Of a stretch of DNA of 25,280 bases, positions 23,838 through 25,280 are shown piece after piece (positions within the stretch are counted from its first letter, which is position 1; every line of letters begins with the position of its first letter). Source of the DNA: a virus (Duplodnaviria > Heunggongvirae > Uroviricota > Caudoviricetes); IMG/VR virus record IMGVR_UViG_2713896907_000003; one strand, given 5' to 3'. Both the position numbers and the translations under genes were made by a program. The notes beneath the pieces are model-generated. The model made no database searches, had not been told where the DNA came from, and saw only the letters and a program-made list of their open reading frames with translations.

Positions 23838-23870
23838 TAATTATGGCTAAATGGATAATTGCATGTCAAG
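23838..23870 (-). promoter_or_regulatory. Late promoter pR'-like (sigma70 -35 TTGACA, 18-nt spacer, -10 CATAAT) overlapping the 3' end of Q
   Basis: Minus strand: TTGACA (23869-23864), spacer tgcaattatccatttagc, CATAAT (23845-23840); position just after Q mirrors lambda pR' (established knowledge). Confidence 0.45.
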
Positions 23871-24365
23871 GCCTTTAACAGCAACATGCTTAACTTTCTC
23901 AACACGTTTACGCATTTTGAAAGCATTTTTCATTGGCTGGTATAAAACAAATAATGACGCTTTCAGGATGTCGTCAATTTCGTTTCTACAGGTTGCCAGT
24001 GAAGGTTTTCTCCATCCCTCGCCACCACGTCCACACATCTTGCGTGGCTTTGCAGTCGCGTGATAGTAGGATGCAATTGCTCGCTTAGATGAACCATGAG
24101 CGTAGTAGCTGAGGAGGATGCCGAAGGCTTTCTTGTCAATGTACATGACGGAATCGACGACCTGAGAAATCAACATTCCATCATCATCATTACACATTGG
24201 CCTTGTCATAACTCTTCCCGGCTCTACGCTCTCCATGAACTTAGCTATTACGCTGCTCATGCGCTTTTCCAGACGACCTGAATAAACCCATGCGCCCCAC
24301 AGTTCAAGCCAGCCATTCAGCCACTCGTGCTGTTCTTTGGTGAGGTTTAGTTCTCTTATGCCCAC
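23847..24365 (-). CDS. Q: Late-gene antiterminator Q (non-lambda Q family)
   Basis: ORF upstream of the late promoter, tRNAs and lysis genes; LELWGAWVYSGRLE motif resembles the QuuD-type Q family as recalled. Start placed at GTG 24365 behind a GGGAGAAGG RBS; the track's longer form (start 24422, GTG, no RBS) overlaps ninG. Confidence 0.65.
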   Translation of the reverse strand: MGIRELNLTKEQHEWLNGWLELWGAWVYSGRLEKRMSSVIAKFMESVEPGRVMTRPMCNDDDGMLISQVVDSVMYIDKKAFGILLSYYAHGSSKRAIASYYHATAKPRKMCGRGGEGWRKPSLATCRNEIDDILKASLFVLYQPMKNAFKMRKRVEKVKHVAVKGLDMQLSI

Positions 24366-24408
24366 GCGCCTTCTCCCTTGTGATTTGGAATGTGTTTTAC
24401 TGAGAACG

Positions 24409-25020
24409 TCATGCAGCCTCACTTCTGCTGTTTCGCAGTTTTTTAAGTTTCTGTTGATACTCCGCCTTGATGGCCCTGCACTCTTCGACAGTCCAGCGAT
24501 GGCGGTTATGGTCTGATTCGATTTCCTCTACTGCTTCCTGCCCGATGCGGTTAATCAGTTCGACACGATACGGAACGAGATTTCCGCTTTTATGCTGGTT
24601 GCACACCACGCATTGCTTGTGAATATTGCGTTCATCAAACCGGAGTTGAGGTGCCGCAGCAGTTGTCCGGTAATGCCCGGCATCCCACTGAGCAGACGTG
24701 AGCGTTCCGCACGAGATACATGGTAAGTCGCGGTCTCTTTCTCTGATGAAGGCGTTTACGGCTTGTTGGGCTTGTTTAATCCAGTAACTGCGGGGCTTTA
24801 AGGCGAGTTTTCTAATCTTAAGTTTATCTTTCTGTTTCTGCTCCTCTCGTCGTCGTTTCTTCTCTGCTGCTTTTTCCGCTTTTTCGCGTTCTTTGCTTCG
24901 TCGTTCGAGTGCTATCTTGGTTCCACACTCTGGAGAGCACCACCACTGATTAGCGAATGCAGGATGAAACCATTCCCGACATTCATCGTTTTTACATCGT
25001 CTTCGCGCTGGTTTAGCCAT
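24409..25020 (-). CDS. ninG: NinG / Rap recombination-associated structure-specific endonuclease
   Basis: 203-aa [50 protein letters not shown]... matches lambda NinG as recalled; GAGGAAGAAG RBS. Confidence 0.9.
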   Translation of the reverse strand: MAKPARRRCKNDECREWFHPAFANQWWCSPECGTKIALERRSKEREKAEKAAEKKRRREEQKQKDKLKIRKLALKPRSYWIKQAQQAVNAFIRERDRDLPCISCGTLTSAQWDAGHYRTTAAAPQLRFDERNIHKQCVVCNQHKSGNLVPYRVELINRIGQEAVEEIESDHNRHRWTVEECRAIKAEYQQKLKKLRNSRSEAA

Positions 25021-25225
25021 CGTCTTCTTCCTCGTGCATCGAGCTATTCGGATCGCTCATCAGCTCTGCACAGCAGTGCTCACACAAGTGAACTTCCAGC
25101 ACATGCAGCTTCTGACCGCAATTAGCGCACGTTAAAGCCCGCTCGACGCTTTCTTGTTCGTAACTTCGATTTGGGTCAATCACCTTGTATTCCTCGCACG
25201 ATGTCTTAGCCACCGGATATCCCAC
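25013..25225 (-). CDS. ninF: NinF-like small Cys-rich protein
   Basis: C-terminal [46 protein letters not shown] matches lambda NinF; N-terminus differs and the start is uncertain (GTG at 25225 or a downstream GTG with a GAGGAA RBS). Confidence 0.75.
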
Positions 25226-25280
25226 AGGTGAGCCGTGTAGTTGAAGGTTTTTACGTCAGATTCTTTTGGGATTGGCTTGG

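Overview
The window is a nearly complete late region of a lambda-like (lambdoid) prophage of the E. coli type, with all phage genes on the minus strand. Reading in phage sense (high to low coordinates): ninF, ninG, a non-lambda Q antiterminator, a pR'-like promoter and terminator, three tRNA genes, a short gap where Stx phages carry stxAB (no stx genes here), a NanS-p-type sialate O-acetylesterase, a phage-21-type lysis cassette (pinholin S, SAR endolysin R, Rz/Rz1), a PerC/Pch-like regulator behind a long AT-rich leader, a ylcI-like gene on the opposite strand, the cos site, then the lambda head and tail module (Nu1-like, A, W, B, C/Nu3, D, E, FI, FII, Z, U, V, G/G-T, H, M, L, K, I, partial J). 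cosN lies inside the window (18161-18172), so this is an integrated, permuted prophage rather than a virion end. Most content is well-characterised lambda biology and I found no clearly novel multi-gene system. The features that the lambda gene map does not explain are non-coding: a promoter-terminator unit with a structured ~100-nt RNA just upstream of S, a tandemly duplicated hairpin module between nanS and S, an aberrant tRNA trio, a variant cosB repeat set that co-varies with the terminase specificity segments, and the regulator cargo next to cos. All protein identifications rest on hand translation and recalled family sequences; no database search was run. The supplied ORF track uses GTG/TTG as well as ATG starts, so several starts were re-set by hand.
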